From Thermoflexales bacterium (GTDB lineage: Bacteria; Chloroflexota; Anaerolineae; J036; Brachytrichaceae): DNA of 64,000 nucleotides. The translations under genes were made by a program, and so were the position numbers. Location: positions 10,606 through 74,605 of the forward strand of contig DAOUFG010000078.1 in NCBI GenBank assembly GCA_034430115.1, given 5' to 3'. Of the stretch, positions 17,166-27,542 are shown piece by piece; position 1 is the first letter of the stretch, and every line of letters begins with the position of its first letter. Below the pieces are notes generated by a model. It did no database searches and was not told the origin of the DNA. It saw nothing but the letters and a program-made list of their open reading frames with translations.

Positions 17166-18708
17166 TTGCTTGAAAATGATTCTTGTCGTATTTTCGACTG
17201 TCGTGGAGAGCCGTGTCTGCCATTTTTTCACGCAATATCGGCTGTTCAATTAACGATTTTGTATAACCTTTTAACTCCCTAATACTATTCCACAAAAATC
17301 CATTGTATCCATGTCGCACGATTTCTGGTTGTCCGCCCCTGGCAATTACAACCGGCACACAGCCGGATGCCATAGCCTCCACGGTGGTAATGCCAAAATG
17401 TTCAAACTTTATTGGTTCTCGGTTTTCATCTTCTCCAAATCCACTGGCATGCCAGTAAATTGAGCTTTGGGCATAGAGTTGTACTAATTCTTGAAACGAC
17501 ACATCTGTATGAACGACAATAGGGTATCCTCTAGCCTCTTCAATTACCCGCTGCAAATATTCCTGCTGAATAGCGCTCGGGCTTGTTCCTCCGACTAAAT
17601 GAAGTTCCCACCCCTGTAGTCCCTCGTTCAACATTTCCTTGAACGCACGAATCATCGCAAGGTGTTTCTTATTATGACTGCCCTCAAAGAATCGCCCCGC
17701 GTTGATTATCCAGGGATGTTTTTCCCCAGGCGCAAACTGATCGACATCAATCGGCGGATTCACCACGCAGCTATTATGTCCCCAATATGAGTGTATCCAA
17801 CGCTTCGTGAAATCCGATATCGCCCAAATCTCATCATATGTGTCGACGGCATCTAACAGTGAAGCAGAAGAGACTGGAGATATTCCATTCAACCTGAGTC
17901 CCCATTCCTTGAACCAATTTTCAAACAGAATCTGATAGAGCCGGTAACGAGGGTGTTCAATTTCAATATTCGACACAGCAATTTTATAAGGAGATTCTCC
18001 TTTTTGCTCCGCCGACATTTCAGCCTGCAATTGCAGATCGTGAAACTTCTGATGGATCCCCGTTGGAACAATTAACTCGCACTGTGTAAACCTGTGATTT
18101 GCAGGCAATGGAATTTGTTGAACCATCTGGCTGTCCAGGTAAACCTGCACTTGTCGTACCGCTGTGTCTTGCGATGCAATATTGAAATGTATGGAATAAG
18201 GCCTGTCACATACAGGCAGCTCGGCCTTGAGCTTAGAAGTCGCGGGTCTATACTGCTGTCCTCCTACGGTTGTCACACCAAACACGCCCTCTGTAAACGT
18301 GGGAACCATAAGCTGGCGCTTTATCTCTCTTCCAATCATGCTGCGAAATGTGGTCTGAGATGTAATTGGAAGAGGGAAGTAAACAACAAGTATGCTATGA
18401 GGTGCCTGCGAGGGCACAAGGTCAAGGTGAGATGCATTAATGAAAAGGTCATAGTTAGATGTGATCGAGCCCAACTCCATAGCGGGATGGTCGGGTATCA
18501 CAAGAAAATTAACACGCGATATTTCCACATTTAGTCTGCTACTAGCAACCTCCCTAGATACAGATGTGTGACTTATCACATCGACCGAGTGTTCTTTGCT
18601 TAGGTATTCAGCTATCGCAAGGCTATGTTTTTCCCCTCCACCCAGAGTCGATAACCAACGGTTATAAATTGCGACGCGCATCTTTTTACTCGCTATTTTT
18701 ATCCTCAA
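17131..18708 (-). CDS. Glycosyltransferase family 4 (GT-B) with inserted middle domain
   Basis: N-terminal MRVAIYNRWLSTLGGGEKH and C-terminal EHFGITTVEAMASGCVPVV (E-x7-E region). Confidence 0.65.
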   Translation of the reverse strand: MRIKIASKKMRVAIYNRWLSTLGGGEKHSLAIAEYLSKEHSVDVISHTSVSREVASSRLNVEISRVNFLVIPDHPAMELGSITSNYDLFINASHLDLVPSQAPHSILVVYFPLPITSQTTFRSMIGREIKRQLMVPTFTEGVFGVTTVGGQQYRPATSKLKAELPVCDRPYSIHFNIASQDTAVRQVQVYLDSQMVQQIPLPANHRFTQCELIVPTGIHQKFHDLQLQAEMSAEQKGESPYKIAVSNIEIEHPRYRLYQILFENWFKEWGLRLNGISPVSSASLLDAVDTYDEIWAISDFTKRWIHSYWGHNSCVVNPPIDVDQFAPGEKHPWIINAGRFFEGSHNKKHLAMIRAFKEMLNEGLQGWELHLVGGTSPSAIQQEYLQRVIEEARGYPIVVHTDVSFQELVQLYAQSSIYWHASGFGEDENREPIKFEHFGITTVEAMASGCVPVVIARGGQPEIVRHGYNGFLWNSIRELKGYTKSLIEQPILREKMADTALHDSRKYDKNHFQANVQQALQRINA

Positions 18709-20083
18709 CGAACCATCTGGAAATACTTACTTGCTTCACTTTCCGTGAAGACTGAATATGGTGACGTCTGTGAATCAACTTTGGAGCCCAACTAAAGAGA
18801 GTCACACATATATGAATTTGGATTAGCACTTGCCTAAAATACGGCCTCCATCCCTTACGTCTGTGCGAAATCATGCTCATCATATTCACAGCGTTACGAA
18901 CAACGCTCGCAGCAAAACCCAGCCAAGCGTCTCTAATTTGTGATGTTGAGCCGTTTTTGAACACCATGGCCAGCCGGTTACGCTCTGTCAGATACATGAA
19001 ACGAGGAGACCACTCTTCTGACGTACCACAATGAACATGTCGGACTACAGCCTGCGGTGAGTAAAGTACTTGCCAATTTCTCAGATGTGCCCGCCAAGAC
19101 AAATCCATGTCTTCGTAGTAAGCGAAGAAGTCATCATCCAGCAGGCCAATATCGTCTAACATTGTGCGGCGCATTAACAAACTAGCGCCACAACCAGCAA
19201 ATACATCCTCGACCTGGTTATATTGTTCTCTGTCCGTTTCATAGAATACTTCAGATCTACGCACATAGACCCCACGATCTCGCCCGTAACCACCTCGAAG
19301 GGCAACTGTTCCAGCATTTTGTACCAACGGCAGCGCAGCATTGCGCGTTGTTGCAGGTAGCGTCAAGATGTAGTCTGCTGGAACCACACTTGACACTTGT
19401 ATTTGTGCAAGTGAACTCAGTCCAGACATTATGTGCACGGGGAGATTAGTGGCACATGAGGCGGATAGTCTCAAACACAATTGCCAGGGGCCATCACCAG
19501 TGGGAATAGGAACACCCAGAAGTGCTTTTTTGTCAATCCGGCGAAATCGTTCTCCCGAGGGGAGAATTTCCCATTGACTGAAGCCTTGCAAGTACTGTAC
19601 ATGCCCTCTTGACACACCGCTATCAACGCCTGAAATGATTACGCCACAGCTTTGATCATCGCGCGCAAGCAGGCTAGCCTCAGTCTCAATTGATATCTCA
19701 AATTGGTCGTGGAATAACTGCAGATGCCCAGTAACTATCCCCGCATCTTGGTTTGCTTCTGCAACAGAAATCATGTTCTCCAGCCAATTTGATGTGACTG
19801 CTGTGTCGTTATTCAACAATACAATGTAGTCTCCACGCGCGTATTGGATAGCAGTGTTACATCCACCAGTAAATCCAAGATTAACTCGATTTACGACAAG
19901 TCGCACGCTGGGGTAATGATCTTGTACAAATTGGATCGAACCATCGCTTGATCCGTTATCCACCAGAATAATTTCGTAGCAATCTGTTGGGTAACTCTGT
20001 AGAAGTAAAGCGTCTAAGCAAGTAGCTAAATATTGCCTACCATTGAAGTTGGGGATAATCACCGATGCGAATGGTAAACTCAT
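18686..20083 (-). CDS. Glycosyltransferase family 2
   Basis: VIIPNFNG, LVDNGSSDGS and DxD-type motifs in a GT-A fold. Confidence 0.75.
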   Translation of the reverse strand: MSLPFASVIIPNFNGRQYLATCLDALLLQSYPTDCYEIILVDNGSSDGSIQFVQDHYPSVRLVVNRVNLGFTGGCNTAIQYARGDYIVLLNNDTAVTSNWLENMISVAEANQDAGIVTGHLQLFHDQFEISIETEASLLARDDQSCGVIISGVDSGVSRGHVQYLQGFSQWEILPSGERFRRIDKKALLGVPIPTGDGPWQLCLRLSASCATNLPVHIMSGLSSLAQIQVSSVVPADYILTLPATTRNAALPLVQNAGTVALRGGYGRDRGVYVRRSEVFYETDREQYNQVEDVFAGCGASLLMRRTMLDDIGLLDDDFFAYYEDMDLSWRAHLRNWQVLYSPQAVVRHVHCGTSEEWSPRFMYLTERNRLAMVFKNGSTSQIRDAWLGFAASVVRNAVNMMSMISHRRKGWRPYFRQVLIQIHICVTLFSWAPKLIHRRHHIQSSRKVKQVSISRWFVEDKNSE

Positions 20084-21540
20084 GCTTTCCCCAATGTGCG
20101 CTTAACCCAAAAGTAAAGCCGCAGTGGCAATAGGCGATGATATCGCGCAAGTGACTGTTCCAAGGCGATTCGCTCTTTAGTCTGCCTTTCCAATGCAGCG
20201 TCTCTCTCTTGAACAATTTGCGACCAATACCTATCTTTATCTTGAGCGACTCGTTGGGCCTCCGTCAAGGTTTCACGATCTGACACACGGATACGCTTTT
20301 CTCGTGATTGAGATAGAGGTTCAATTACTCGTCTATACATCAATCGGACATGCTCAAGCCCATGTTGCCAGTCATTTGCCATAAGATTCTTTAACCCAGA
20401 TGGTTCAACGAATCCGCCAAATATCGCGCTAATACCATAGCTATTCATCAATTGATAATGTGCCTGTTGATACTCTGAGGAGCCAAACCAAGGGGCAAGA
20501 GTAAGCGAGTTGGTCCGTGAAAAAATGTCCATATCTTTACGGCGACGATGATCCTGAATCAACTTCCTTTTAGTCATAATATCGTCGAAGTGATCCACTA
20601 CATCATTCATTGCCGTAATCTGCGCATGCTCGTACCAGAACATATCATATTGTAGTGGCTCTTCCTCAGAAGAAGGACGTTGCACTTTGTTCTCAAAACG
20701 GCACCGATCCATATCAACACCACTCGTTCGGGCCAGTAAATATATATGTTTAAACTGCAACATCAGAGCCAGTGGCAATATCTGATCAAGGTATCGCTGC
20801 TCATAGTTTTTTAATATGGTAAAAAGGGCATTCTTTTCTAAGATGTATGCCATCTGGGCTGGAGATTTTTTTGATGATGTGCCAAAGTGCACATGGTAGC
20901 AGATGGATTGGGGAGCGAAAAGTACTTTATATCCTAATATCCATAGCCGCCAACCTAAATCAACATCCTCGTAATAACTCCCATAGGCTTCATCAAACCC
21001 CCCTACTTCCAAGAAGATTTTTCTGCTTATTAACATCGCCCCTCCACAGGGGGCAAGTATCGCTCGTACTGTGTCATATAATGGCTTGTCCGGCTCGTGG
21101 TAACCTTCAGCCGTTGCACGGCCCAGGAATGAAATAAGTGTTCCTCCAAAGTCAATAGCCTTACCATCCCAAGTAAGGATTTTTGAGCTAGCGCATATAG
21201 CGTCTGGAGCGTTACCAAGCGCATTGACTAGTCCCAACAACCAATGCGGCTCCACTCGCATATCCGAATTCAGGAAGGCGACAAATTCACTTCCCACCTG
21301 CTCGGACGCTTTGTTGTTACCCCTACAGAATCCATAATTCTGCTCAAATGCGATGATTCGTACCTTGGGGAAGTTTTGCCGTACATATTCAACAGAACCA
21401 TCACTAGAACCGTTATCAGCTAAAACGAGTTCTACCCGATCTATGGGATATTCAAGGGCAGATAATGAAGCAAAGCACTCCTGCATGTAACGCAGGCCGT
21501 TATAGTTCAAGACAATAACACTAACTGAAGGTAGTTCCAT
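20080..21540 (-). CDS. Glycosyltransferase family 2 with C-terminal coiled-coil extension
   Basis: SVIVLNYNG and LADNGSSDGS. 4-nt overlap with the downstream GT2 gene. Confidence 0.75.
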   Translation of the reverse strand: MELPSVSVIVLNYNGLRYMQECFASLSALEYPIDRVELVLADNGSSDGSVEYVRQNFPKVRIIAFEQNYGFCRGNNKASEQVGSEFVAFLNSDMRVEPHWLLGLVNALGNAPDAICASSKILTWDGKAIDFGGTLISFLGRATAEGYHEPDKPLYDTVRAILAPCGGAMLISRKIFLEVGGFDEAYGSYYEDVDLGWRLWILGYKVLFAPQSICYHVHFGTSSKKSPAQMAYILEKNALFTILKNYEQRYLDQILPLALMLQFKHIYLLARTSGVDMDRCRFENKVQRPSSEEEPLQYDMFWYEHAQITAMNDVVDHFDDIMTKRKLIQDHRRRKDMDIFSRTNSLTLAPWFGSSEYQQAHYQLMNSYGISAIFGGFVEPSGLKNLMANDWQHGLEHVRLMYRRVIEPLSQSREKRIRVSDRETLTEAQRVAQDKDRYWSQIVQERDAALERQTKERIALEQSLARYHRLLPLRLYFWVKRTLGKA

Positions 21541-21551
21541 GAATTGCCACC

Positions 21552-22943
21552 TTACAATCCGCGAAAATATCGAATAATATGCTGCAGTAGACCATCGTTG
21601 CCACGGATATAGGACCTTCTTGATCTACCACTTGTATTTTCTGAAGAAGCGGCGTAGAACCGACGTGAATTCACATATGAACGATATGGGTCATTATTGT
21701 TGTCTTTCTCATATAACGGAGGATGCATTGACGGCTCCATTTTATCCGATGCATTATACGGAGCAGCGCAGAAATTCTGTAAACAACGAGTGGTATTAGT
21801 CCACGTCAATTGCTGTGCAACTCGCTTAAAATGAGTTACGAACTGCCCCCGTTGTATCTCGCAACTTCTAAGAATAGCATCCGCTGTGCTTTGCACGTCA
21901 CCATAATCCACTACCCATCCAAGATGCTCTCTCTCAACAATTTCACTCAACACATCTCCCCGCGTTACAATCATTGGCAAAGCAGCCCAAATATAATCAA
22001 GCAAGCGTGTTCGGAATGAATACCTCGTTTCTATATGCTCGAAATGCAAACTGACACCAATATCTGCTTCAAGCAAGTAATTTTGCCGCTCAGTATAAGG
22101 GGTCCAGTCTCTAAAAAATACTGTGGTCTCATATAACCCCAATTCTTGAGATAATGCAATTGCACGTTCAACCATATCGCCGACGACAACCGATGAATTT
22201 GGATGCCGGATCCCCATAAACACAAGCTTTACATCCTCACGATGCCCTCTAACTGACGCCATCGCGCGAATCAAAGTCAATGGGTCGAACCAGTTATATA
22301 TTCCTCCCCCCCAAACAATCACTTTATCAGATTGCCCTATCTTGGGATGCACTCCTTTCATAACGGGATTAATGTGCACTGGTGGACTATCAGGGATTCC
22401 AAATGCGACTACATCTATTAGGTGTCGAAGCGAAGGATCGTCATCATAAGTCGCCGTATTGACACGGTTAAACGCACTTAACCAACCCAGCCAATAATCT
22501 CGTTGTCGCTCGCTCGCACATAGGAAGAAATCACCCGATTTAATCAGATCAACAATGGCAGCATTTGCTTGATGTTGTACTTCCAGTCTTCTAGGGAGTG
22601 ATTGCCCTTTAAACAAAGGAAAACTCTCAAGTTGGAAAGGATCATAAAGATCAACGACAAGAGGCATTTCCAACTCCTTAAGAAAGGGGTGGGCCTGCAA
22701 CATATATCCTGAAATAATTATCACATCGTTACTATGTGCTATTACTTTCAGATTTGACGCATCATATGTCTCCAGCTTGAAGGATTGATTTACAAACGAA
22801 GCTGGGAATTGATACGGTGTGGCAAGAGTTACCTCAGCTTGATGGCTTAACACACGAGCGAATTCCCAACACCGTACTGCTGGCCCAGCCATAGAGTCAC
22901 CTATTACATCATGCGTAAGTACCAGAATTCTATGCTTTGACAT
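21552..22943 (-). CDS. Glycosyltransferase, GT-B (family 1/4-like)
   Basis: N-terminal HRILVLTHDVIGDSMAGPAV and overall GT-B pattern. The match is weaker. Confidence 0.45.
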   Translation of the reverse strand: MSKHRILVLTHDVIGDSMAGPAVRCWEFARVLSHQAEVTLATPYQFPASFVNQSFKLETYDASNLKVIAHSNDVIIISGYMLQAHPFLKELEMPLVVDLYDPFQLESFPLFKGQSLPRRLEVQHQANAAIVDLIKSGDFFLCASERQRDYWLGWLSAFNRVNTATYDDDPSLRHLIDVVAFGIPDSPPVHINPVMKGVHPKIGQSDKVIVWGGGIYNWFDPLTLIRAMASVRGHREDVKLVFMGIRHPNSSVVVGDMVERAIALSQELGLYETTVFFRDWTPYTERQNYLLEADIGVSLHFEHIETRYSFRTRLLDYIWAALPMIVTRGDVLSEIVEREHLGWVVDYGDVQSTADAILRSCEIQRGQFVTHFKRVAQQLTWTNTTRCLQNFCAAPYNASDKMEPSMHPPLYEKDNNNDPYRSYVNSRRFYAASSENTSGRSRRSYIRGNDGLLQHIIRYFRGL

Positions 22944-23168
22944 ATATGATTCTTAGACTTCCCATTGTTCTGCCAGTCATGCTGATGGGCAACACTATCC
23001 GTCCACAAGCATCATCACACGTGGCGAGATATCTCAAGCTGGGTTCTTCGGGTATAAATTCCCCATTCACAAATCAAAGATGCTAGAGATAGGATATTGC
23101 TTCATAACAAGAAGACTCTTGCTCTACTTAGCAGATATCCTATGATAATCTCCTGTGAGAATACAGCT

Positions 23169-24155
23169 TCAATTCTTGAGACGTAAATGTTTATACCTCG
23201 TTGGCACTAACCATAGTGGCTCAAATGGCATTAGCATTGCATATATTGTCAATTGGGAAACCCTCTTTTCCCTGTCGAATCTTTTCATCCATATTGCGCA
23301 CAGACCTCGAACCCCCTGTATCCGACCATAGATAGCATTTGTATCACCACGTGTTAGAAGAGCATATACTATTGCCGCAAAGTCATACGCCACAATCAGC
23401 GGCAAATATAGCCAGAGTTGTGGCGTAGGGTAATTCTTTGCAATCAGCCACACCTTATTGCGTCCGAGCAAACGATTCTTGAAGGGGCTGCCCTCCCCAC
23501 CTGTTGCGGAGTGATGATGCAACACACGCGCCTGCGGCACACACAGCGCCTGCCAGCCAGCCCATTGGGCGCGCCAGGCCAGGTCCACATCCTCCAGGTA
23601 GGCAAAGAAGTCCTCATCGAAGAGACCAATCTCATCCAGCATCGCACGCCGATACAGGGCCGCCCCTGCACATGCCCCAAAGACAGGTGTAGGGTGCTTC
23701 TGGATGGCGCTGACCGGCTGTCCACCTTGCAAGTCCCAGGCGATGCCGGCGCGATCGACTGCAATGCCGGCCGAGTTGATAACCTCGGGCCGATCTGCGA
23801 ATAGCATGACGGATGCTGCCGTGCCCACGCCAGGGTTTTCGTCCAGCACTCGCACAAGCGCCTCCAGCCAACCCGCATCCGCGACCGTGTCATTATTCAA
23901 CGTGGCGACATATTCCGCGTGGCCGGCTCGGATGCCCTGATTGTTTGCCTCAGCAAATCCTCTGTTATCAGGGTTGCAAATCAGGTGCACGTTGGGGTAA
24001 CGATCTCTCAGAAACTCAACCGAGCCGTCGGTCGAGCCGTTATCCACCAGCCAAACCTGAAAATCAGCGAACGTTTGGCGTGCGAGCGCTTCCAGGCACG
24101 GAGCAAGGTATTTCAATCCATTCCAGTTTACGATGACGACGTCAACAGATGGCAT
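23169..24155 (-). CDS. Glycosyltransferase family 2 (rhamnosyltransferase-like); high-GC, outside the low-GC island
   Basis: VDVVIVNWNG and LVDNGSTDGS. Confidence 0.75.
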   Translation of the reverse strand: MPSVDVVIVNWNGLKYLAPCLEALARQTFADFQVWLVDNGSTDGSVEFLRDRYPNVHLICNPDNRGFAEANNQGIRAGHAEYVATLNNDTVADAGWLEALVRVLDENPGVGTAASVMLFADRPEVINSAGIAVDRAGIAWDLQGGQPVSAIQKHPTPVFGACAGAALYRRAMLDEIGLFDEDFFAYLEDVDLAWRAQWAGWQALCVPQARVLHHHSATGGEGSPFKNRLLGRNKVWLIAKNYPTPQLWLYLPLIVAYDFAAIVYALLTRGDTNAIYGRIQGVRGLCAIWMKRFDREKRVSQLTIYAMLMPFEPLWLVPTRYKHLRLKN

Positions 24156-24418
24156 ATATTTCCTTCAGGGGATGAGTATAATCTCAAAGTCACATAGACC
24201 ATCAATAGAAGGTTAGCACCTATTCAAAGCCACATTTGGTCTGCGCGCAACGTCTAGCTTGCACAAACCGTGAGATGAGCAGCAGCACTTCAACGCTACG
24301 CACAGGCCATGTACACACTGATTCACTTCATGTATCTTGAGCCGTCATCGCGCGTGCTTCTACCGGCGGCCATCTGAAATTACCATACCTACCAAGATCA
24401 CATAAACTAAATCTGATA

Positions 24419-25471
24419 TTGATTGAACGGAAAGAGGAACACATGAAAACCTTTATTACGGGAGGAGTCGGGTTCATTGGCTGCAACATGGCAGCACGAT
24501 TCCTCAAGCGGGGCGACCAGGTCACCATCTTCGACAACCTCTCTCGCCCTCGCACCGACAATAACCTAAGCTGGCTAAAGCAGCAGTTCGGCGAGGACTG
24601 TCTGCACTTCGTCAAAGGGGACGTGCGGGATTTCGAGGCGCTCTCGCAGGCCGTGAGCAGCGCCGCCCCCGACCTGCTGGTGCACCTTGCCAGCCAGGTG
24701 GCCGTCACCACCTCCGTGAAGGACCCACGCGAGGATTTTGAAATCAACGCGCTGGGCACCTTCAACGTGCTGGAGGCCGCTCGCGCTCAGAGCACCCCAC
24801 CGGCGGTATTCTTCGCCTCCACAAACAAGGTGTATGGCGGCATGGAAGACGTCGCCGTTGTAGAGGGAGAGACGCGTTACCGCTATCGCGATTTGCCCCT
24901 AGGGGTGAGCGAACAACAGCCACTGGACTTCCACTCTCCCTATGGCTGCTCCAAAGGCACCGGCGATCAATACGTGCGTGACTACGCACGCATCTACGGC
25001 ATGCGCACGGTCGTCTTCCGCCAGAGCTGCATCTATGGTGAACGCCAGTTCGGCGTGGAAGATCAGGGCTGGGTGGCACACTTCATCATCGCCGCTGCGA
25101 TGAAGCGCTCGATCAATATCTATGGCGACGGCAAACAGGTACGTGACCTGCTATACGTGCAGGACCTGATCAACGCCTACGAGTCGGCCTGGCAACAATT
25201 GGATAAAGCCAGCGGCCAGGTGTTCAACGTGGGCGGCGGCATGGCAAACACACTCTCCATCTGGGCGGAATTCGGCCCGCTATTGGAGCAGATGGCAGGC
25301 CACCCCATCCCCATCCATCGGGGGGACTGGCGCCCCGGCGACCAGCCCGTATTCATCAGCGACAACAGCAAAGCTAAACGCGTATTAGGCTGGGAACCTC
25401 ACGTTTCGGTAAAAGAAGGTGTACAGAAGCTGTGGGATTGGGTCAGTTCCAATCCAGACCTGTTCAAGTGA
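24419..25471 (+). CDS. NAD-dependent sugar-nucleotide epimerase, CDP-paratose 2-epimerase family
   Basis: FITGGVGFIGCN, FDNLSRP, DFHSPYGCSKG, GDGKQVRD and DWV motifs closely mirror the RfbE/CDP-paratose epimerase pattern. Confidence 0.7.
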   Translation: MIERKEEHMKTFITGGVGFIGCNMAARFLKRGDQVTIFDNLSRPRTDNNLSWLKQQFGEDCLHFVKGDVRDFEALSQAVSSAAPDLLVHLASQVAVTTSVKDPREDFEINALGTFNVLEAARAQSTPPAVFFASTNKVYGGMEDVAVVEGETRYRYRDLPLGVSEQQPLDFHSPYGCSKGTGDQYVRDYARIYGMRTVVFRQSCIYGERQFGVEDQGWVAHFIIAAAMKRSINIYGDGKQVRDLLYVQDLINAYESAWQQLDKASGQVFNVGGGMANTLSIWAEFGPLLEQMAGHPIPIHRGDWRPGDQPVFISDNSKAKRVLGWEPHVSVKEGVQKLWDWVSSNPDLFK

Positions 25472-25496
25472 CGTCCCCGCCTCGTCCGCACGTAAC

Positions 25497-25534
25497 CAGG
25501 GGCCTCCGGCAAGCACAACGTTTGCCGGAGGTTT
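25497..25534 (+). terminator. Rho-independent terminator after the epimerase gene
   Basis: cctccggcaa-gcacaacgt-ttgccggagg stem-loop followed by tttttgtttc. Confidence 0.75.
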
Positions 25535-25576
25535 TTGTTTCACATGAAACATCGAAGGGCCTACGGATGTTTCACG
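25529..25576. repeat. TGAAACG-heptamer palindromic element, copy 3 (gtttcacatgaaacatc ... gatgtttcacgtgaaac)
   Basis: 17-nt inverted repeat with one mismatch. Contains the perfect 16-nt palindrome tgtttcacgtgaaaca. Confidence 0.65.
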
Positions 25577-25635
25577 TGAAACAGCATCAGGCGCGCAGCA
25601 GGGAATCAGGAATAGCAGGGGGGGGGGATAAAAAG

Positions 25636-25709
25636 CGCGCCTAGCAGGATTTGAACCCACAACCCCTTGATCCGAAGTCAAGTGCTCTATCCAGTTGAGC
25701 TATAGGCGC
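25636..25709 (-). tRNA. tRNA-Arg, anticodon TCG
   Basis: Cloverleaf: acceptor GCGCCTA/TAGGCGC, D-arm GCTC...GAGC, anticodon stem CTTGA/TCAAG with loop CTTCGGA (U33, anticodon UCG), T-loop TTCAAAT. CCA is not encoded. Confidence 0.75.
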
Positions 25710-26060
25710 GAATTGGGCAAATTATACTGCAATTGACATGCCCGCGCTATGCCTGTATGATCTGTAAGCTAACCAGTTAGACAAACTGCCCTGGTCTTCC
25801 AGTGATGAAGTTCAAGTTTGTTGAGAGGTGAGCCAAAACATGAGGACAAGTTGGTGTGGTTGACTGTGTTGCTGGGTCTTGTGCGGCGGAAGCCTTCGAA
25901 CCCCGCCAGGATCGGAAGGTAGCAACGGTAAGGAGTCACTTCTGGGTGTCACAGGGGTGCCTGGCAACACAGTCAACCGCATCAGCACCCGGCCTAAGGT
26001 TCATCTATCCATCAACAAGATAATGGCACATTGCTCGTGGTGCAAACTCGCTAGCTCAAT

Positions 26061-27539
26061 ATGAATTCCGGAAAAGACTCGTCTTCAGCGCGTCCAACCG
26101 GCGCAGACTCACCCCATCTTCAACCGTGGCAAAAAAGGGTCCCCTGGAAGGTTGTCCCTGTCATTCTTGCATTTTTCAGCCTACTGACCGCCGGATATTT
26201 CGGCACCTTCACGCCCGTCAAGATCATCGATGGCGAGCGCGTCATCCCCCTTAGCACACACCAAACAACCGTCGGCGCAGCACTCAATGAAGTCGCCATT
26301 GTATTGAACCCCGAAGACATCGTGACGCCCCCGCTGAACGCACCGCTGAACCGGAATGACACGATCATCATCCAACGCGCCAGATTAGTGAAAGTGAATA
26401 TCGATAACAAGGACATTCAACTCGTTCACACGCAAAGCCAGTCTGCCGCAGAGGTCATCGCTTCGCTAGGCATCACCCCCAGTTCTCAGGATAGCATCCT
26501 CGTCAACGGACAATTCACCGACCAGTTGCCGCCGCGCGCACAACCCACGGAGGGTAACGACGAAGCGGTCAGCGCCGAGATATCCTTAAAACGCGCTCAA
26601 TCGGTAACGATCCAGGAGCAGGGTCAACCGTCCATCACCCTACAGACCACCCTGCCAACCGTGGGCGAAGCGCTGATGCAAGCAGGCTATAAGATTTACC
26701 TGGCTGATCGCGTAAGCCCTTTACCAGGTGAGCCAATCAAAGCCGGGGAACAGATATCGATCACGCGCTCCAAGCCGGTGAGTGTGTGGGTGGATGGCCG
26801 GCGACTAAAGACGCGCACGCTGGCAGCCAGCGTGGCAGATGTATTGGCTGGGTTGAACGTGGTGCTATACGGCGAAGACTATACCCAGCCGGACTTACAG
26901 GCCCCCACCACCGACGGCCAGGAAATTCGCGTGGTGCGCGTGCGGCACGAAATCGTGATCGACCAGGAAGTGATTCCCTTCGACACGCGCCACGAAGCCG
27001 ACCCGGACGTTGAATTGGACCACGAAGTGCTAGGCCAGGAGGGCGTGCCGGGCGTGCACGAACGGCGCACACTGGTCACCTACGAGGATAACAACGAGAC
27101 GAAACGCGAATTGATCGCCGATTTCATCGCGCGCCAGCCGGAGCCCAAGATCTATAAGTATGGCACCAAAGTGGTTCTACGCACATTGAACACGCCCAAC
27201 GGCCAGGTGCAATACTGGCGCGTCATCCGTATGCTGGCGACCTCCTATTCTGCCAGCACGGCCGGCGTTTCACTCGGCGCACCCTACTATGGGCGCGTGC
27301 GCTGCGGGTTCGCGATGCGCGGCGGCGTGGTTGCCGTGGACACAAGCATGATCCCATTGCGGACGAACATCTACGTGGAAGGTTATGGCATTGGCAGTGC
27401 CTGCGATACCGGCAGCGCCATCACCGGCAAACGCATCGACCTGGGCTATGACGACAACAACCTGCAGTTATGGTATCGTTGGGTCGATGTTTATTTGCTT
27501 ACACCGGTCCCCGACGACATTCGCTATAACCTGGATTAG
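26061..27539 (+). CDS. YabE-like cell-wall protein: DUF348 repeats, G5 domain, C-terminal 3D (MltA-like) domain
   Basis: N-terminal TM segment and C-terminal ATSYSASTAGVSLGAPYYG...DTGSAITGKRIDLGYDD 3D-domain motif. Sits directly upstream of rsmA, as yabE-ksgA does in Bacillus. Confidence 0.6.
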   Translation: MNSGKDSSSARPTGADSPHLQPWQKRVPWKVVPVILAFFSLLTAGYFGTFTPVKIIDGERVIPLSTHQTTVGAALNEVAIVLNPEDIVTPPLNAPLNRNDTIIIQRARLVKVNIDNKDIQLVHTQSQSAAEVIASLGITPSSQDSILVNGQFTDQLPPRAQPTEGNDEAVSAEISLKRAQSVTIQEQGQPSITLQTTLPTVGEALMQAGYKIYLADRVSPLPGEPIKAGEQISITRSKPVSVWVDGRRLKTRTLAASVADVLAGLNVVLYGEDYTQPDLQAPTTDGQEIRVVRVRHEIVIDQEVIPFDTRHEADPDVELDHEVLGQEGVPGVHERRTLVTYEDNNETKRELIADFIARQPEPKIYKYGTKVVLRTLNTPNGQVQYWRVIRMLATSYSASTAGVSLGAPYYGRVRCGFAMRGGVVAVDTSMIPLRTNIYVEGYGIGSACDTGSAITGKRIDLGYDDNNLQLWYRWVDVYLLTPVPDDIRYNLD

Positions 27540-27542
27540 CGC

